This document shows, piece after piece, positions 17,830-27,810 of a stretch of 64,000 nt of DNA. Origin of the DNA: an uncultured Actinomycetes bacterium (GTDB lineage Bacteria; Actinomycetota; UBA4738; HRBIN12); assembly GCA_964640085.1 (NCBI GenBank), contig CAZXFA010000005.1, forward strand, positions 46,438-110,437. Direction: 5' to 3'. The notes below the pieces were generated by a model that had not been told where the DNA came from, made no database searches, and saw only the letters and a program-made list of their open reading frames with translations. Positions within the stretch are counted from its first letter, which is position 1; each line of letters opens with the position of its first letter. The position numbers and the translations under genes were made by a program.

Positions 17830-17841
17830 GCATCGCGATGC
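17830..17841. promoter_or_regulatory. Perfect 12-bp palindrome GCATCGCGATGC in the tetR / ABC-ATPase divergent spacer (candidate operator)
   Basis: Read directly from the sequence. It lies 19 nt upstream of ATG 17860. Confidence 0.3.
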
Positions 17842-17859
17842 CGAAGGCGTAGGACCGGG

Positions 17860-18948
17860 ATGAACGTGCTCGAGGTCCGCGACCTGGCCGTGCGGTTCCG
17901 GGACGGCGCCAGGACGGTTCACGCCGTCAACGGGGTGTCCTTCGATCTGGCGGAGGGAGCGACCCTGGGTTTGGTCGGCGAATCCGGCTGCGGCAAGAGC
18001 GTCACGAGTCTCGCGGTGATGGGGTTGCTGCCCGCAGGAGGGTCGGTGGAACGGGGGGAGGTCCGTTTGGCTGGACGGGACCTGCTCACCCTCTCCGAGC
18101 GAGAGATGCGGTCCGTACGGGGCAAGGAGCTGGCGATGGTGTTCCAGGATCCGATGACCAGCCTCAACCCCGTCCTGAACATCGAGGAGCAGATCGTGGA
18201 GACGATCCTCGCACACGAGCGGCCCTCCAAGGTGGCCGCTCGGCAGCGCGCGATCCAGCTCCTCGGCGAGGTCGGCATCCCCGATCCAGGGGGAGCGCTC
18301 CGCCGGTTCCCGCACGAGTTCAGCGGCGGGATGCGCCAGAGGGTCATGATCGCGACAGCCCTGGCGCTCGATCCCAAGGTCCTGATCGCGGACGAGCCGA
18401 CGACCGCGCTCGACGTCACGATCCAGGCCCAGATCCTGGACCTCATGCGACGGCTCACGCGTGAGTCGGGGACCGCCAAGATCCTCATCACGCACGACCT
18501 CGGCGTCGTGGCGGGCGTCGCCGAAGAGGTGGCGGTGATGTATGCGGGGTTCATCGTGGAGCACGCGGCCGTCCGAGAGCTGTTCGCCTGGCCCCGCCAT
18601 CCCTACACGGTCGGGCTGCTCCGGTCGCTCCCCCGTCCCGATGTTCGTCTCGAGGCCCTCACACCGATCGAGGGCGCACCGCCGCATCAGCTCCAGCCTC
18701 CCCTCGGATGTCCGTTCGCGCCCCGCTGCGCCTGGCGCCTCGATGTCTGCCGGTCGCAGATGCCGCCCCTCGTCGATCAGGGCGCGGTGGACCGCACGGA
18801 GCGAGCCGAGGGTGCAGGACACCTCGTCGCATGCCACAACCCGGTCGATCGAGCCGAGGTGCGGGAAGGGCGGCCGCTGCGGGTGGGGTTCGTGCCGGCT
18901 CAGCCCCCGGCCTCGGACCCGGACGACGGGACGGGGTCATCTCGGTGA
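17860..18948 (+). CDS. ABC transporter ATP-binding protein, DppD/OppD type
   Basis: Walker A GESGCGKS, signature FSGGMRQR, Walker [12 protein letters not shown], and the oligopeptide-type C-terminal Cys motif. Confidence 0.9.
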   Translation: MNVLEVRDLAVRFRDGARTVHAVNGVSFDLAEGATLGLVGESGCGKSVTSLAVMGLLPAGGSVERGEVRLAGRDLLTLSEREMRSVRGKELAMVFQDPMTSLNPVLNIEEQIVETILAHERPSKVAARQRAIQLLGEVGIPDPGGALRRFPHEFSGGMRQRVMIATALALDPKVLIADEPTTALDVTIQAQILDLMRRLTRESGTAKILITHDLGVVAGVAEEVAVMYAGFIVEHAAVRELFAWPRHPYTVGLLRSLPRPDVRLEALTPIEGAPPHQLQPPLGCPFAPRCAWRLDVCRSQMPPLVDQGAVDRTERAEGAGHLVACHNPVDRAEVREGRPLRVGFVPAQPPASDPDDGTGSSR

Positions 18949-20141
18949 GCCGGGCGCCCGATCCGGGGCACGAACCGTTTCGGGAGGCGGGGGGGGAGGT
19001 GGGGCCCCCGATCGTGCAGATCCGCGACCTGAAGGTGCACTTCCCGGTCACGAAAGGCGCGATCTTCCGCCGACGCGTCGGTACCGTCAGGGCGGTCGAC
19101 GGCGTGGACCTGACGATCAGGGCCAGGGAGGCGGTGGGACTCGTCGGGGAGTCCGGGAGCGGCAAGACGACGCTGGGGCGCACGATCCTGCAGATCTACG
19201 AGCCCGTCGGCGGCTGGATCCAGCTCGGCGACGCAGCGGTGTCGAGCCTGAGAGGGATCGAGCTCAGGCGGATGCGCCGCCGGATGCAGATGATCTTCCA
19301 GGACCCTTATTCATCGCTCCATCCACGGATGACGGTGGAGGGGATCGTGGCGGAGCCGCTCGAGATCCACCGGCTGGGGACCCGGGACGAACGGCGCGGC
19401 CGGGTGGCGGAGCTTCTCTCGCTAGTCGGTCTCTCACACGAGCACGCAGGTCGATACCCGCACCAGCTCAGTGGCGGTGAGCGGCAGCGCGTCGGGATCG
19501 CCAGAGCGCTGGCCCTGAACCCCGAGCTGGTGGTGGCGGACGAACCGGTCAGCTCCCTCGATGTCTCGATCCAGGCGCAGATCGTGAACCTGTTGAGGAG
19601 CCTTCAGGACGAGCTAGGCCTCGCGTACCTCTTCATCGCCCACGACCTCGCCGTCGTCCGTCAGATCGCTCACCGGGTGGGCGTGATGTACCTGGGCCGG
19701 ATCGTGGAGCTCGGCTCGACCGACCAGGTCTTCGTGGATCCCTCGCACCCGTACACCGTGGCGTTGCTGTCGGCGATCCCCGTCCCGGACCCCGCGGTCG
19801 AGGCGCTCCGGGAACGCATCGTCCTGCGGGGGGACCTACCCGACCCTGCCTCCCCGCCGTCGGGTTGTCGTTTCCGCACCCGCTGCTGGCTCCGGGAGCG
19901 ACTGGGCGGGCCTGAGGAGTGCGAGCGCGAGGATCCGAGGGCACAGGCGTTACACCCAGGCCATCTCGTCGCCTGCCACTTCGCCTCTGAGACCGCCGCC
20001 GAAGCCGAAGCCGTGCTGGGTCGATGGGCGGGGACGCACGAGGCGACGCGTGTGGAACCATCACCGCGCGCGGACGGGGTCGACCTGCTGGAACCGCCGA
20101 GCCCCGAGAGACACGGGGAGGAAGAGAGCCAACGTGAGTGA
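18945..20141 (+). CDS. ABC transporter ATP-binding protein, DppF/OppF type
   Basis: [17 protein letters not shown] and [11 protein letters not shown] motifs. The GTG start overlaps the upstream stop (GTGA). Confidence 0.9.
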   Translation: MSRAPDPGHEPFREAGGEVGPPIVQIRDLKVHFPVTKGAIFRRRVGTVRAVDGVDLTIRAREAVGLVGESGSGKTTLGRTILQIYEPVGGWIQLGDAAVSSLRGIELRRMRRRMQMIFQDPYSSLHPRMTVEGIVAEPLEIHRLGTRDERRGRVAELLSLVGLSHEHAGRYPHQLSGGERQRVGIARALALNPELVVADEPVSSLDVSIQAQIVNLLRSLQDELGLAYLFIAHDLAVVRQIAHRVGVMYLGRIVELGSTDQVFVDPSHPYTVALLSAIPVPDPAVEALRERIVLRGDLPDPASPPSGCRFRTRCWLRERLGGPEECEREDPRAQALHPGHLVACHFASETAAEAEAVLGRWAGTHEATRVEPSPRADGVDLLEPPSPERHGEEESQRE

Positions 20142-20886
20142 GGGAGAGCTGACCGGCCAGGTGACGATCGTCACCGGGGCGGCTCAAGGGATCGGTCGGT
20201 GCATCGCCGAGTTCATGGCGAACGATGGCGCCGCGGTCTTGTTGGCCGACATCCAGCATGAGCGGGTCCAGAAGGAAGCTCTCGCTCTGCGTGATCTGGG
20301 GCTCCGTGCGGAGGCCGTCTCCGTCGACGTCCGGGACCCGGGCAGCACCCGAGAGATGGCCGAGGCGGCGCTCGATCTGTTCGGGAAGGTGGACGTGCTC
20401 GTCAACAACGCAGGCTTGGACGCGCCACCTGGCGCGCCTACCGAGATGACCGAGCAGCACTGGCACGACGTGATCGAGACGAACCTGAGTGGCGCATGGT
20501 GGTGCACGCGTGCGGTCCTGCCGGGGATGATGAACCGCCGCTCGGGCCGGGTCATCTTCATCAGCTCGGGGAGCGCCCGGATCGGGCAGGTGGATATCTC
20601 CCCCGCCTACAACGCGAGCAAGGCCGGGCTGATCGGGCTCACGGTCGGGCTCTCGGCGCATCTCGAGTCCCATGGGATCCTCGTGAACGCGATCACGCCT
20701 GGCCCCACCGGAACCGGCCAGCCGATGACCACCGAAGAGCGCGACGAGCACGAGCGGCGCTTCCCCCTCGGCATCGTCGGTCCGGAACCGGTCGCCCACG
20801 CCTGCCTGTACCTCGCCCGGGAGAGCGGTGACTGGGTGAGCGGCGCAGTCCTCAACGTGAGTGGAGGTTGGTGGAGAGGCCTGTAG
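20134..20886 (+). CDS. Short-chain dehydrogenase/reductase (classical SDR)
   Basis: [12 protein letters not shown] and YNASKAG motifs. GTG start with GGAGGAAGAG upstream, overlapping the preceding gene by 8 nt. Confidence 0.85.
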   Translation: MSEGELTGQVTIVTGAAQGIGRCIAEFMANDGAAVLLADIQHERVQKEALALRDLGLRAEAVSVDVRDPGSTREMAEAALDLFGKVDVLVNNAGLDAPPGAPTEMTEQHWHDVIETNLSGAWWCTRAVLPGMMNRRSGRVIFISSGSARIGQVDISPAYNASKAGLIGLTVGLSAHLESHGILVNAITPGPTGTGQPMTTEERDEHERRFPLGIVGPEPVAHACLYLARESGDWVSGAVLNVSGGWWRGL

Positions 20887-20914
20887 CGGAAGGGATGAGG
20901 AGGCGGCGGGAACC

Positions 20915-21814
20915 ATGGTCCATGCTCCGATGAGCTCCCCTTATGTGTGGCCAAGGGGCAGCCGGGCAGCGGTGGCCGTGACCTTCGATGTCGACGCGGA
21001 GAGCGGAGTCCTGGGCGAGACGCCGGAGGCCGCGAACCGGCTGAGCGTGATGACGCATCAGGCGTACGGGCCGCGAGCCGGGGTTCCGCGTCTGCTGGGG
21101 ATCTTGGAGCGGCTCGGGATCCGCGGCACGTTCTTCGTCCCCGGCCTGACCGCGGAGACACACCCCGACGCGATCCGAGCGGTCCGCGATTCGGGCCACG
21201 AGATCGCGCACCACGGGTACGCGCATGAACGGGTGACCCGGCTGAGCGAGGAGATGGAGGAGCGAGTCCTCCTGCGGGGCCTCGAAGCTCTCGATCGTGT
21301 CGTCGGCATCCGCCCGGCAGGATGGCGGGCGCCCATGTGGGAAACGAGCTACCGAACCCCCGAGATCCTCCTTCGACACGGGTTCCGCTGGGACTCGAGT
21401 CTGATGGACGCGGACCGGCCCTACGTCCTGGCGACCGGGGATATCGGCGGAAGGACGCTAATCGAGATCCCGATCCACTGGGGGCTCGACGATGGCGAGC
21501 AGTACGCATGGCTTCCCGACATCTGGGAAGCCGCGACGATCGAGAGCCCGGCAAAGGTGCTCGAGATGTGGACGCAGGAGTTCGAGGCCGTGCTCGCCGA
21601 GGGCGGGTGCCTGGTCCTGACGATCCACCCTTTCCTGTCTGGAAGGCCCTCGCGAGCCCGGGGACTGGAGCGCTTGCTGGAGCGGATCGTCGGCACCTCG
21701 GACGTCTGGGTCGCGACGGCGAGCGAGATCGCCGAGCACGTGTCCTCCCTGGACCTCCCAGCGGTCTCGCACGCCCAGCCGGTCGTCCGCGCCATCGAGG
21801 GACCGGGGCCATGA
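20915..21814 (+). CDS. Polysaccharide-deacetylase-fold (carbohydrate esterase 4-like) hydrolase
   Basis: AVAVTFDVDAES..., GTFFVPG and GHEIAHHGYAHE are NodB-homology-type motifs. GAGGAGG Shine-Dalgarno before ATG 20915. Confidence 0.8.
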   Translation: MVHAPMSSPYVWPRGSRAAVAVTFDVDAESGVLGETPEAANRLSVMTHQAYGPRAGVPRLLGILERLGIRGTFFVPGLTAETHPDAIRAVRDSGHEIAHHGYAHERVTRLSEEMEERVLLRGLEALDRVVGIRPAGWRAPMWETSYRTPEILLRHGFRWDSSLMDADRPYVLATGDIGGRTLIEIPIHWGLDDGEQYAWLPDIWEAATIESPAKVLEMWTQEFEAVLAEGGCLVLTIHPFLSGRPSRARGLERLLERIVGTSDVWVATASEIAEHVSSLDLPAVSHAQPVVRAIEGPGP

Positions 21815-23472
21815 GCGCCGGCCGGGGATCTCGTGCGGCGCGGCGGTCGCTGGTGCTGGTGGATGGCGACGTGTATACCGCGGACGAGACCGGCACCAGG
21901 GCGCGCGCCGTGGCGATGGGCGACGGACGGATCCTCGCCGTGGGGAACGACGAGGAGGTGGTGTCGGTAGTCCCCGACGCCCGGCGGATCGACGTCGGGG
22001 GGAGGACGATCGTGCCCGGCTTCATCGATGCACACAACCATTTCCTGGCCACCGGGGAGTCGCTCGGTTCGGTCGACGTCCGCTTCCCTCGCGTGGCCTC
22101 GGTCGACGATCTCGTGGAGGCGATCGAGGAAGCGGCGTCCGCCACCCCCGCCGACCGCTGGGTCACGGCATTCGGGTTCGACCACGCCAAGTACGAGCGG
22201 GAGCCGACCCGCTGGGATCTCGATCGGGCGACGACCGAGCATCCCGTGCTCGTCCACCATGTGTCCGGACACCACGCGCTCGCGAACTCCCGGGCGGTGG
22301 CCGAGCGGGCGGTGAACGAGGCAACGCCGGACCCACCCGGCGGTCGGCTCGTGCGTGATGCGGCCGGAAGGCCGACGGGGCTCTTCCTCGACGCCGCGAT
22401 GGCGCTCGTGCAGCCGATCGCCGTCGACATCGGCTCCCACGGCCCGAACTTCCACACCGCGTCGGCGCTGGAGGACCGGGTCGAGGCCGTGGAGCGAGCC
22501 GGACGCGCGTTCCTCGAGGCCGGGCTGGTCACCGTGTGCGACGCGCAGGTGACCAGCCGCGAGCTCGAGGCCTACCAGGTGGCGTGCCGGACCGGCAGGT
22601 TGCCGGTCCGCACCGTCTGCATGCCGCTCTCGCACCAGCTGGATGCGTTCGCGGAGATCGGGTTGCACGGATCGTTCGGGAACGATCGCCTCTCCATCGG
22701 GCCCATGAAGCTGTACGCGGACGGTTCGCTCATCGGCGGCACGGCCTGCTTCTCGGAACCCTACGGTGTGCGGGGTGAGTTCGAGGGCTCGCTCTACCAT
22801 CGGCCGGAGGAGTTGCAGGAGTTGATCCTCCGCGCGCACCGGCTCGGATGGCGCATCGGCGTGCACACGCAGGGGGACCTTGCGATGGGGCTGGTCATCG
22901 ACGCGTTCGAGGAAGCGCAGCTCCGGTGGCCTCGCGAGGATCCGAGGTTCCGGGTCGAGCACGCCGGCTACCCGACGTCGGACCAGATCGTCCGGCTGGC
23001 CGAGCTCGGCGTGGTGACCGTGAACCAGCCTCGATACCTGCACGACAGCGGCGACGAGTTCCTGGCCCGACTCGGCGACCGTGCCCACCGTCTGCAGCCG
23101 CTCAGGGAGGAGCTGGCGGCGGGCGTGAGGGTGGTCCTGAGCAGCGACTCGGACGTCGCGAGCTACCGGCCCCTCGACACGATCGCTTCCGCGGTGCGCC
23201 GCAGGACGATCGCCGATCGAGCGATCGGGGACGACCAGGCACTCACGGTCGAGGAGGCCATCCGGTGCCATACGTTGGCTGCAGCGTTCGCGATCGGCGC
23301 CGAAGAGCGTTTGGGCTCGCTCGAGCCCAGGAAGCTGGCCGATGTCGTCGTCCTCGACGGCGATCTCCTCGGAGCACCGCACGAGCGGATCGAGGATCTC
23401 CGCGTCTGGATGACGATCCTCGGAGGGGAGGTCGTCCACGACGTCACGAGGGGCGAAGGAGTGAGGGTCTGA
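21811..23472 (+). CDS. Amidohydrolase-3 (YtcJ-like) metal-dependent hydrolase
   Basis: IVPGFIDAHNHF metal-binding motif. About 553 aa with family-typical C-terminal LADVVVLDGDL. The ATG overlaps the upstream stop (ATGA). Confidence 0.85.
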   Translation: MSAGRGSRAARRSLVLVDGDVYTADETGTRARAVAMGDGRILAVGNDEEVVSVVPDARRIDVGGRTIVPGFIDAHNHFLATGESLGSVDVRFPRVASVDDLVEAIEEAASATPADRWVTAFGFDHAKYEREPTRWDLDRATTEHPVLVHHVSGHHALANSRAVAERAVNEATPDPPGGRLVRDAAGRPTGLFLDAAMALVQPIAVDIGSHGPNFHTASALEDRVEAVERAGRAFLEAGLVTVCDAQVTSRELEAYQVACRTGRLPVRTVCMPLSHQLDAFAEIGLHGSFGNDRLSIGPMKLYADGSLIGGTACFSEPYGVRGEFEGSLYHRPEELQELILRAHRLGWRIGVHTQGDLAMGLVIDAFEEAQLRWPREDPRFRVEHAGYPTSDQIVRLAELGVVTVNQPRYLHDSGDEFLARLGDRAHRLQPLREELAAGVRVVLSSDSDVASYRPLDTIASAVRRRTIADRAIGDDQALTVEEAIRCHTLAAAFAIGAEERLGSLEPRKLADVVVLDGDLLGAPHERIEDLRVWMTILGGEVVHDVTRGEGVRV

Positions 23473-23526
23473 AATGAGGAGAGATCGGGTTCGGGCCGAG
23501 AAGCACCAGCCAGCCGGAGCGCGGAG

Positions 23527-23931
23527 ATGAGCGGTCGGCACACGGAGGCGGACGCGACATCCCAGGTGCGAGAGGTGTACGAGCGGTTGATGAACGCGTT
23601 CGCGCAAGCGGATACGGATCGGTACTTCGAGTGCTTCCACGAGCGCGCGTCCTTCGTGTTCCCCGGCGAGGAGGTCCTGGACTCTCGTTCCGCGTATCAC
23701 GCGGCGTGGTTGCAGTGGCAACGGGAGGGTCAACGATTCACGGACGTCGTGGCGACGGATGTTCGCATCCGCGTGTTCGGGTCGACGGCCATCCTCACGC
23801 ATCGTATCCAGACGACCGTGGAGGCCCAGGGGGAAACGAGCGTGGACCGGGAGCGAGAATCCATCGTCTTCTCTGAGATCGGCGGCCGTTGGGTCGCCAT
23901 CCACGAGCATCTGTCGCCCGACAGGACATAG
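23527..23931 (+). CDS. SnoaL-like / DUF4440 (NTF2-fold) protein
   Basis: 134 aa: VREVYERLMNAFAQADTDRYFECFHERASFVFPG...GGRWVAIHEHLS pattern. Confidence 0.75.
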   Translation: MSGRHTEADATSQVREVYERLMNAFAQADTDRYFECFHERASFVFPGEEVLDSRSAYHAAWLQWQREGQRFTDVVATDVRIRVFGSTAILTHRIQTTVEAQGETSVDRERESIVFSEIGGRWVAIHEHLSPDRT

Positions 23932-24079
23932 CGTGCTTCGCTGAGCTTCCAGGCAGGACACCGAGAGACAGTGTTCGCGTGCCAGCGGGGGCATGGTCCC
24001 CCCTGCTTCCGACGGCGCACCACACACGCGCGCCGCGCGGCAGGCCACCAGACCGGACGCCCTTGGTAGGGTGGGCTTC

Positions 24080-25060
24080 ATGCCCGCCGGGATCGACCCC
24101 GCGCGGTGGCGGCGCGTCCGGCGAGCGGCGGATGCGGTACGGAGCCTCGCGGTCTGGACCGCGCGAGACACGCTCCAGGATCGGGTCCCGAGCGCGGCCG
24201 GCGGGGTGGCCTTCTTCACGCTGCTCTCCCTGCCGCCCGCCCTCCTGGTCTTCCTGGGCGGGCTGGGCTACGTGAGCGACCTCCTGGGTCCGGACGTCCG
24301 AGACTCCGTCCGCGACCGGATCGTCGAGGCGGCGTCCACCTTCCTCACGGAAGAGACCGTCCGCGACGCGGTGCTGCCGTTCGTTGACGGGTTCATGGGT
24401 CGAGGACGCTCGGGCCTCCTTTCCGTCGGGATCGTGCTCACCCTCTGGTCGGCCTCCCGCGCAACCAAGGCGATGATCGAGGCGGTGGTGGTCGCCTACG
24501 ATCTGGAGGAGCAGCTCCGACCCGGATGGAAGCGCCGGCTCATCGCTTACGGCCTGACCCTCGGCGGGATCGCGGTGGCGGTGGTGCTGCTCCCGGTGCT
24601 CGTGGCCGGCCCGCGGCTCGGTGAGCTGGTCGCCGAGCCGCTCGGACTGGAGGACGCCTTCGCCACGGCGTGGCGGGCCCTGTACTGGCCGATCGTCCTC
24701 GCCGCGGGGGTGGCGGCCCTGACCACCTTCTACCACCTCGCGCTCCCGTGGAGCACCCCGTGGCGGCGCGATCTCCCCGGCGCGGGGCTGGCGGTCATCG
24801 TCTGGGTGCTGGGCGGGCTGGGGCTGCGCCTCTACGCGGACATCGCGATCATCGGCCGGGAGAGCGTGGTCGGCCCGCTCGGCGCACCCATCGTCCTGCT
24901 CCTGTGGCTCTACGTGACGGCGTTCGCGGTGCTGCTCGGGGGGGAGCTCAACGCCGAGATCGAGAAGCGGTGGCCGACGATACCCATCGAACGGCCGGAG
25001 ACGGCATCGGTCCCGACCCCGGACGATCGATCGTCCGGGGCCGGCGGCCGCCGGAGCTGA
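24080..25060 (+). CDS. YihY/BrkB-family membrane protein
   Basis: GGVAFFTLLSLPPALLV, LWSASRATKAMIEAV and LLWLYVTAFAVLLGGELNAE motifs. Confidence 0.85.
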   Translation: MPAGIDPARWRRVRRAADAVRSLAVWTARDTLQDRVPSAAGGVAFFTLLSLPPALLVFLGGLGYVSDLLGPDVRDSVRDRIVEAASTFLTEETVRDAVLPFVDGFMGRGRSGLLSVGIVLTLWSASRATKAMIEAVVVAYDLEEQLRPGWKRRLIAYGLTLGGIAVAVVLLPVLVAGPRLGELVAEPLGLEDAFATAWRALYWPIVLAAGVAALTTFYHLALPWSTPWRRDLPGAGLAVIVWVLGGLGLRLYADIAIIGRESVVGPLGAPIVLLLWLYVTAFAVLLGGELNAEIEKRWPTIPIERPETASVPTPDDRSSGAGGRRS

Positions 25061-25075
25061 GCCGGGGCCCGTGGC

Positions 25076-26299
25076 TCACTCGCCCCAGATGGCCCTCGCC
25101 CGTCCCGTGTCGACCGGTCCCAGCGCGAGCACCGGGAAGAGCCAGGCCTTGGTGAGGGCCACGCCGGCCCCCGTGAACGCGAGCACCGTGCCGAGCTCGC
25201 CGAGTCCGGGGCCGAACCATCCGCCGCCGCGACCCGCCATCAGGACCAGGCCGAGGTTGAGCAGCAGGACCTGGAGCGGCGCCGCCATCTCGAAGGCCGC
25301 CAACGAGCGGCGGCGCTCCTGCGGGTGGCCCGGTCGACCCATCGGCAGCAGGTAGGACCAGGCGCCGAGCAGAACCTGCACGAGCCACCCGCCCACGAAG
25401 GCCACCAGGAACAGGGGGCGGTAGGCGTCGAACCCGGCCTTCCCCTCGAGCAGGACCCAGCCCAGCCCGATCGAGGCGGCCACGAACCATCCGACCCCGG
25501 CGATCATGTGGAAAGCTGCCACCGGCACGGACCATCGGCGCTCGATACGGAGCACGGCCACGACCACGACGACCACCCCGAGGGCTCCGGCCGCGTACGC
25601 GACCCCGCCCGCCGCCAGCACCGGCCTGGAGTTCCAGCCCGCGAGCTGGAGCACGATCCCCGCGACGAGCAGCGCCAGTACGATCCGGCCCCTCCGGGGG
25701 GGCATCCGGACCCGGAGCGCCGTGGGCAGGAGGGTGAGCATCGTGGCCACGACCGTGATCGAGCCCCAGCCGAGCAGGTTCACCGTCATGTGGGCTCGGC
25801 GGAGATGCGCGGACAGGTCGCCGCCCACCGCTCGGCTCCCCATCAGCGCCCCCAGCGTCCCGCCGACGAGGACGAACGCGATCGCCGCGCCGTACCCGGC
25901 GATCGGGAGCGCGTGCCGACGGTTCAGCGCTCTCGACCACGCCCGCCACAGCATCCAGGCCAGGATCATCATCGCGCCGACGAACGCGATCCCACCGACG
26001 GCCGTGAGCCGCGACGTCGAGGTGGGCATGCCGATCGCGATCAGGGCGGTCCCCCCGGTCACCAGTACGAACTGGGTTACCACGAGCCACGCGGGGGGCG
26101 CGGGCGTCGCGGTGAGGGCGAGCATGAAGTTCTGCATCGCGCCCGAGATCGCGGTGGAGATCGCCCCGGCGAGCGCCAGGTGCAAGGGCAGCCAGATCCC
26201 TGAGCGCCGAGACGCCGGGAGGAGCAGGGACAGGGCCGCCGCCGTCAACCAGGCCCGCGCGGCGGTCTGGTACAGGCCGGTCGTGGTCCGGGGCTTCAC
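25076..26299 (-). CDS. Polytopic (about 10-12 span) membrane protein with His residues in helices, function unknown
   Basis: Continuous hydrophobic helices (HLALAGAISTAISGAMQNF, AHMTVNLLGWGSITVV, FHMIAGVGWFVAAS). The GTG start overlaps the stop of the MttB-like gene (GTGA). Confidence 0.75.
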   Translation of the reverse strand: MKPRTTTGLYQTAARAWLTAAALSLLLPASRRSGIWLPLHLALAGAISTAISGAMQNFMLALTATPAPPAWLVVTQFVLVTGGTALIAIGMPTSTSRLTAVGGIAFVGAMMILAWMLWRAWSRALNRRHALPIAGYGAAIAFVLVGGTLGALMGSRAVGGDLSAHLRRAHMTVNLLGWGSITVVATMLTLLPTALRVRMPPRRGRIVLALLVAGIVLQLAGWNSRPVLAAGGVAYAAGALGVVVVVVAVLRIERRWSVPVAAFHMIAGVGWFVAASIGLGWVLLEGKAGFDAYRPLFLVAFVGGWLVQVLLGAWSYLLPMGRPGHPQERRRSLAAFEMAAPLQVLLLNLGLVLMAGRGGGWFGPGLGELGTVLAFTGAGVALTKAWLFPVLALGPVDTGRARAIWGE

Positions 26300-27741
26300 G
26301 CCGGGGTCGGCGAGCTCGCTCGCCGGGCTCCGACGATCGCTCGCATCCCCTCGAGGACCTCCCCGGGAAGCGGCGACACCGTGTGCGTCTCCCAGATCTC
26401 GAAGACGCGTCGGCGCGCACGTTCGCGCAGCGTCGTCGAGCCCGCCGCCTCCCAGGCGTCGCGACCCTCCCACGAGAGCAGTCGCGGCAGCCACAGCTCG
26501 CGGAAGTGGGCGAGCGTGTGCGGCTCACCCAGGAAGATGTTCCCCGGCCCGACCTCGCGGATCGTCTCGAACGCGATCGTCTCCTCGCTCACCTCCACCG
26601 GCTCGAGCGCTCGGCGGGTCATGTCGGCGAGCTCGTCGGCGATCACCAACAGCTCGGGCGAGAACAGCAGGCCCCCCTCCACGCATCCGGCGTCGAACAC
26701 GAGATCGATCCCGCCGAGGACCGTGCCGAACCCGTAGTACCCGGCCTCGAGGGCGGCCTGCTCGTCGGCGTCCTTCGAGTCACCCCCGAAGCTCATCCCG
26801 ACCGCGGGCAGTCCCCAGCGGCGGCAGAGCTGTCCGAACAGCGTCATGAACCGGAGCCCGTCGGGGCCGCCAGCCGTCACGCTCCCGTTCCGCATGTCCA
26901 TGAGGAACGGCACCGTGCCGCTCACGAACGGCAGACCCGGCTGGAGGAGCTGGGAGATCACCAGCCCGAGCAGCGTCTCGGCCGCCGCGACGGCCGCGGT
27001 CCCGGCGATCGTGGTCGGGCCGGTGGCGCCGACCTGGGGCGCCGCCTGGCAGCAGACCGGCAGCCCCCGCTCGGCCGACTCGAACAGCTTCTCCACCGTC
27101 TCGAGGTTGAAGAGCAGTGGCGAGACGGAGTTCAGGTACGGGATCACGAACGGGCGCTCGCGCAGCTCGTCTGCACCGCCGGCCACGAGCTCGGCCATGT
27201 CGTAGATGTCCGAGAGCTCCGGACGGCCGGCGATCAACACCATCAGCGGCTTGGTGGTGTTCGCCACCATCTCGATGAACTCGCTCTGGTTCACGACGTG
27301 CAGCGGGAGCTCCTCGGACGGACGGGTGACCCCGGGGGTCGCCACGAAGTCGATGTTCGGGAGCGCGTCGGCGAGCAAGGTGGAATCTGCCGTGGCCAGG
27401 AGCGTGAAGTCCTCGACGCCCAGCGTGCGAGGGTTCAGGTAGTTGAGGTTGGTCACGCCGGCGCCCACGTACACGTTCCCTTCGCCGAGGCGGAGCGCGG
27501 GCTCGCCGGCCCGGTCGAACAACACGAACCGCGACGGGGCGGTCCCGAGGGCCCGCTCGACGAGCTCGGAAGGCAACTTCACCAGATCCTCGCCCTCGAG
27601 GGACGCGCCGTGGTCGGCCAGGAGCTCGCGCCCCTCGGGCGTCATCACCCTCGCGCCGACCTCGGAGAGGACCCGGAGGGCGGCTACGTGGAGCCGGTCG
27701 AGCGCCTCCTCGTCGCAAAGCTCCAGGTGCGGGCGATCCAC
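26296..27741 (-). CDS. MttB-superfamily (trimethylamine methyltransferase-like) protein without pyrrolysine codon
   Basis: LRVLSEVGARV...LPSELVERALGTAPSRFVLFDR...LPNIDFV... is family-typical over about 481 aa, with no in-frame TAG. GTG start at 27741. It is the 3-prime part of the 1034-aa track ORF 26296..29400. Confidence 0.85.
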   Translation of the reverse strand: MDRPHLELCDEEALDRLHVAALRVLSEVGARVMTPEGRELLADHGASLEGEDLVKLPSELVERALGTAPSRFVLFDRAGEPALRLGEGNVYVGAGVTNLNYLNPRTLGVEDFTLLATADSTLLADALPNIDFVATPGVTRPSEELPLHVVNQSEFIEMVANTTKPLMVLIAGRPELSDIYDMAELVAGGADELRERPFVIPYLNSVSPLLFNLETVEKLFESAERGLPVCCQAAPQVGATGPTTIAGTAAVAAAETLLGLVISQLLQPGLPFVSGTVPFLMDMRNGSVTAGGPDGLRFMTLFGQLCRRWGLPAVGMSFGGDSKDADEQAALEAGYYGFGTVLGGIDLVFDAGCVEGGLLFSPELLVIADELADMTRRALEPVEVSEETIAFETIREVGPGNIFLGEPHTLAHFRELWLPRLLSWEGRDAWEAAGSTTLRERARRRVFEIWETHTVSPLPGEVLEGMRAIVGARRASSPTPA

Positions 27742-27810
27742 GCGCCTATCGTCGTCGGCACGGCCGGGGTCGGCAAGCCGGCCGGGCGACACTCGGCCTA
27801 TCGTGTCCGC

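Noticed and set aside
26296-27741. Looked for an in-frame TAG (pyrrolysine codon) in the MttB-family gene.
   Set aside because: The reading frame has no internal stop of any kind, so this is a non-Pyl member.
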